Shown piece by piece: positions 36,401-37,049 of a stretch of DNA of 37,049 bases. Every line of letters starts with the position of its first letter. The stretch's first letter is position 1. Below the pieces are notes generated by a model that was given only the letters and a program-made list of their open reading frames with translations, was not told the origin of the DNA and searched no databases. This DNA comes from a virus (taxonomy: Duplodnaviria; Caudoviricetes), in the IMG/VR virus record IMGVR_UViG_3300024262_000111, positions 1-37,049 of that record; one strand, 5' to 3'. Position numbers and translations under genes: made by a program.

Positions 36401-37049
36401 CAATTGGTGCTGTTGTGAGAAAAAAACCAGAAGTCAAAAGTGTTGTGAAAGAGTATTTTGGCCTTTCAGATGAAGACTTGTCTAACATTCAAAGCATGGA
36501 TATGTGGTTTGAAAGTGTGCAGTCAACTTCACAGTTGGATGACGATCTTGTCTTTGAAGGTGTGGAAAGTCGAGGGTATCCTACGTTTGATGAATATCTA
36601 ACAAGGAATAACGAATCCATTAGATCTATTGCAAGCGAATATGGTTTTTATGAACCAGAAGATTATGTGCGTGAATTTGGAAATCTTGTTGATGCTAGTG
36701 ATTATGAAGATGAGTATGATTACAGTTCAGCATGGGAAGAAAAATTTGAAGAAATTATGAAAGATAGATTTAAAGATCTAGAACGAAGATATGAACGCCT
36801 ACCTTCCAAAATTATTTTGTATCGTAGCGTTAGACTAAAAGATCTATCAAAATTAGATAGAAATAACTTAGGTGTTTACTGGACTGATAATTACGACTCA
36901 GCTCAATCATACCTTTCTTATAGCCAAGTTGGTGGAGATTTTGTTATTAAGGCTGAATTTTCCAAAGAGGATATAGACTGGGATTTTTCAATTAGGAATA
37001 ATTTAAACTTACATTTAGGCGACCAAGAGCAAGAAATAAATATTAAAGA
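33430..37049 (+). CDS. polyvalent protein B (partial, at least 1200 aa): DarA_C-like, SprT-like HExxH peptidase, ART-like, second HExxH peptidase, ART-like
   Basis: By my translation, frame 1 is open from 33295 to the window end, so it is missing from the ORF track. Motifs: YGNVLRP...RHGIVYYKEPLTPEQVKKFEL; HELIH(34414)...HG; RYHVT..G; HELTHAFD(35860)...EINAR; LYRSV...LGVYWT...EQEI. Start uncertain (33430, 33475 or 33502). Confidence 0.8.
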   Translation, partial: MLKNTEVFVKDGLCRMWGKQKVSDMVESLAFQLDEKLYSYGNVLRPPHSFMPPWEKYDPEGSIEDKKDRWCRHGIVYYKEPLTPEQVKKFELMPFGDEQRLQTISKELKQNEYFDKYVALGERGIEALRSKVLDRHVIHPSELDKVMSMALVNEDNEEKKELNGLIHSSKRSDKVNEGREPCSNHLTNSSHMSQKSEILYNKSNHSSNLPKENKSLPQTMERTNIIESLGKYKGIEASDQDNDTIEVVTESFSMDEINAFASEVIAKVFNNEFKLPAIELKTSSRGDWAARAHAKFKRETADGGPYDWWIEIQKRALQNTDFVKSSIAHELIHIWQYLNIPYSKFINMDAHGESFERWMNKINSIYGQDFVTKRTTWKDTKSKEYYLFIKPTGKLDEYAYATSFRVTQGIKDLVKRQSELRVVRTDEPDFENGRPFKRGGPFSVGGTPEKQAKLKELYNSGKHVAFESSDFANFASRGMKELSYTTDLPVGVEEGDFYSFDKIHPSDLQIVNQKNEENLVESVQSEREIRSIRYHVTSHGDEIRKDGFRKTNQGGIGKGGTTTSGNLFTFSTLSRAQELKQGLENLEKIRISKDPLSLVKHSKYIDRAREDIQARYGKATDRQVALYLSTTYAPYTSFDFDGPERIFEILKVDVSSAEPIAQHDDEEIWNPEDVKLVEENKGLNESVQSEREIRSLAKLVLASLTRNALKHQRLNGVAANTSQFSNSMEWNELQAFLNEWNIQVILSEADSNTLGSWVSSEKTIHLSDNPGSGVEGVDSGINRALKDAILNNSKDTFARQMENVYLGTLVHELTHAFDDYRSKGKFKKDSYKADIKSKDYWLDQIEINARFAETSAKLRNQKVSLDDGKGFESYMQSFRQSIQAWEDMPEWVQKRLTGRMYQEYSELSKEEKNEILVKNAYKTLNSALKSLDSNSSLPEEIMTTSQDKRLKYDDDYTVNQVETLSAMLKEAIFNDAKYSGNMKWVRYLLETIGAVVRKKPEVKSVVKEYFGLSDEDLSNIQSMDMWFESVQSTSQLDDDLVFEGVESRGYPTFDEYLTRNNESIRSIASEYGFYEPEDYVREFGNLVDASDYEDEYDYSSAWEEKFEEIMKDRFKDLERRYERLPSKIILYRSVRLKDLSKLDRNNLGVYWTDNYDSAQSYLSYSQVGGDFVIKAEFSKEDIDWDFSIRNNLNLHLGDQEQEINIK
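33972..34145 (+). CDS. 57-aa ORF nested in an alternative frame of polyvalent protein B
   Basis: GGAG SD then MFKSFNEFLAHEPKERDSLQQIKSFLESSEGKQKFTSDNGEDEYNRVIGEIQRHRSK*. Confidence 0.45.
   Translation: MFKSFNEFLAHEPKERDSLQQIKSFLESSEGKQKFTSDNGEDEYNRVIGEIQRHRSK
34989..36525 (+). repeat. dispersed inter-module linker repeat TGAAAGTGTGCAGTCA (x3)
   Basis: Identical 16-mer at 34989, 35481 and 36510. The first two extend to 34 bp with one mismatch (ESVQSEREIRS). Confidence 0.92.

Noticed and set aside
33935-36488. Minus-strand ORFs listed in the track
   Set aside because: They are shadows of the long plus-strand frame-1 ORF, which the track omitted because it has no stop in the window.
1-37049. 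Stop-codon reassignment
   Set aside because: Core genes are full length in the standard code, and TAA, TAG and TGA all end genes.

Overview
This window is a fragment of a large T4-like (jumbo-type) tailed phage genome. It contains a dispersed head module: terminase large subunit, gp20-like portal, a 909-aa acidic core-like protein, a gp21-like prohead protease fused to a scaffold, and a gp23-like major capsid protein. Accessory genes are interleaved: dUTPase, tandem Fis-type HTH proteins, a split C5 DNA methyltransferase encoded in overlapping frames, RNA ligase, MT-A70 methyltransferase, thermonuclease, a lipoprotein-type M23 peptidase, an HU/IHF-like protein and a J-domain protein. The most notable feature is at the right end. 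Two polyvalent multi-domain ORFs (30888-33035, and an ORF from about 33430 that runs off the window and is absent from the ORF track) are separated by a TnpB remnant. They string together 2H-phosphoesterase, ADP-ribosyltransferase-like, ParB-like, DarA_C-like and two HExxH metallopeptidase modules. The modules are joined by repeated [L/I/V/F]-x-E-S linkers that resemble T4 prohead-protease sites, and three junctions share an identical 16-bp DNA motif. I infer a protease-processed, virion-packaged and modularly exchangeable effector polyprotein. Other signals include A-tract slippage switches, two matching sigma28-type promoters, a candidate antisense sRNA and several precise tandem duplications. 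All family assignments come from motif recognition by eye; no searches were run.
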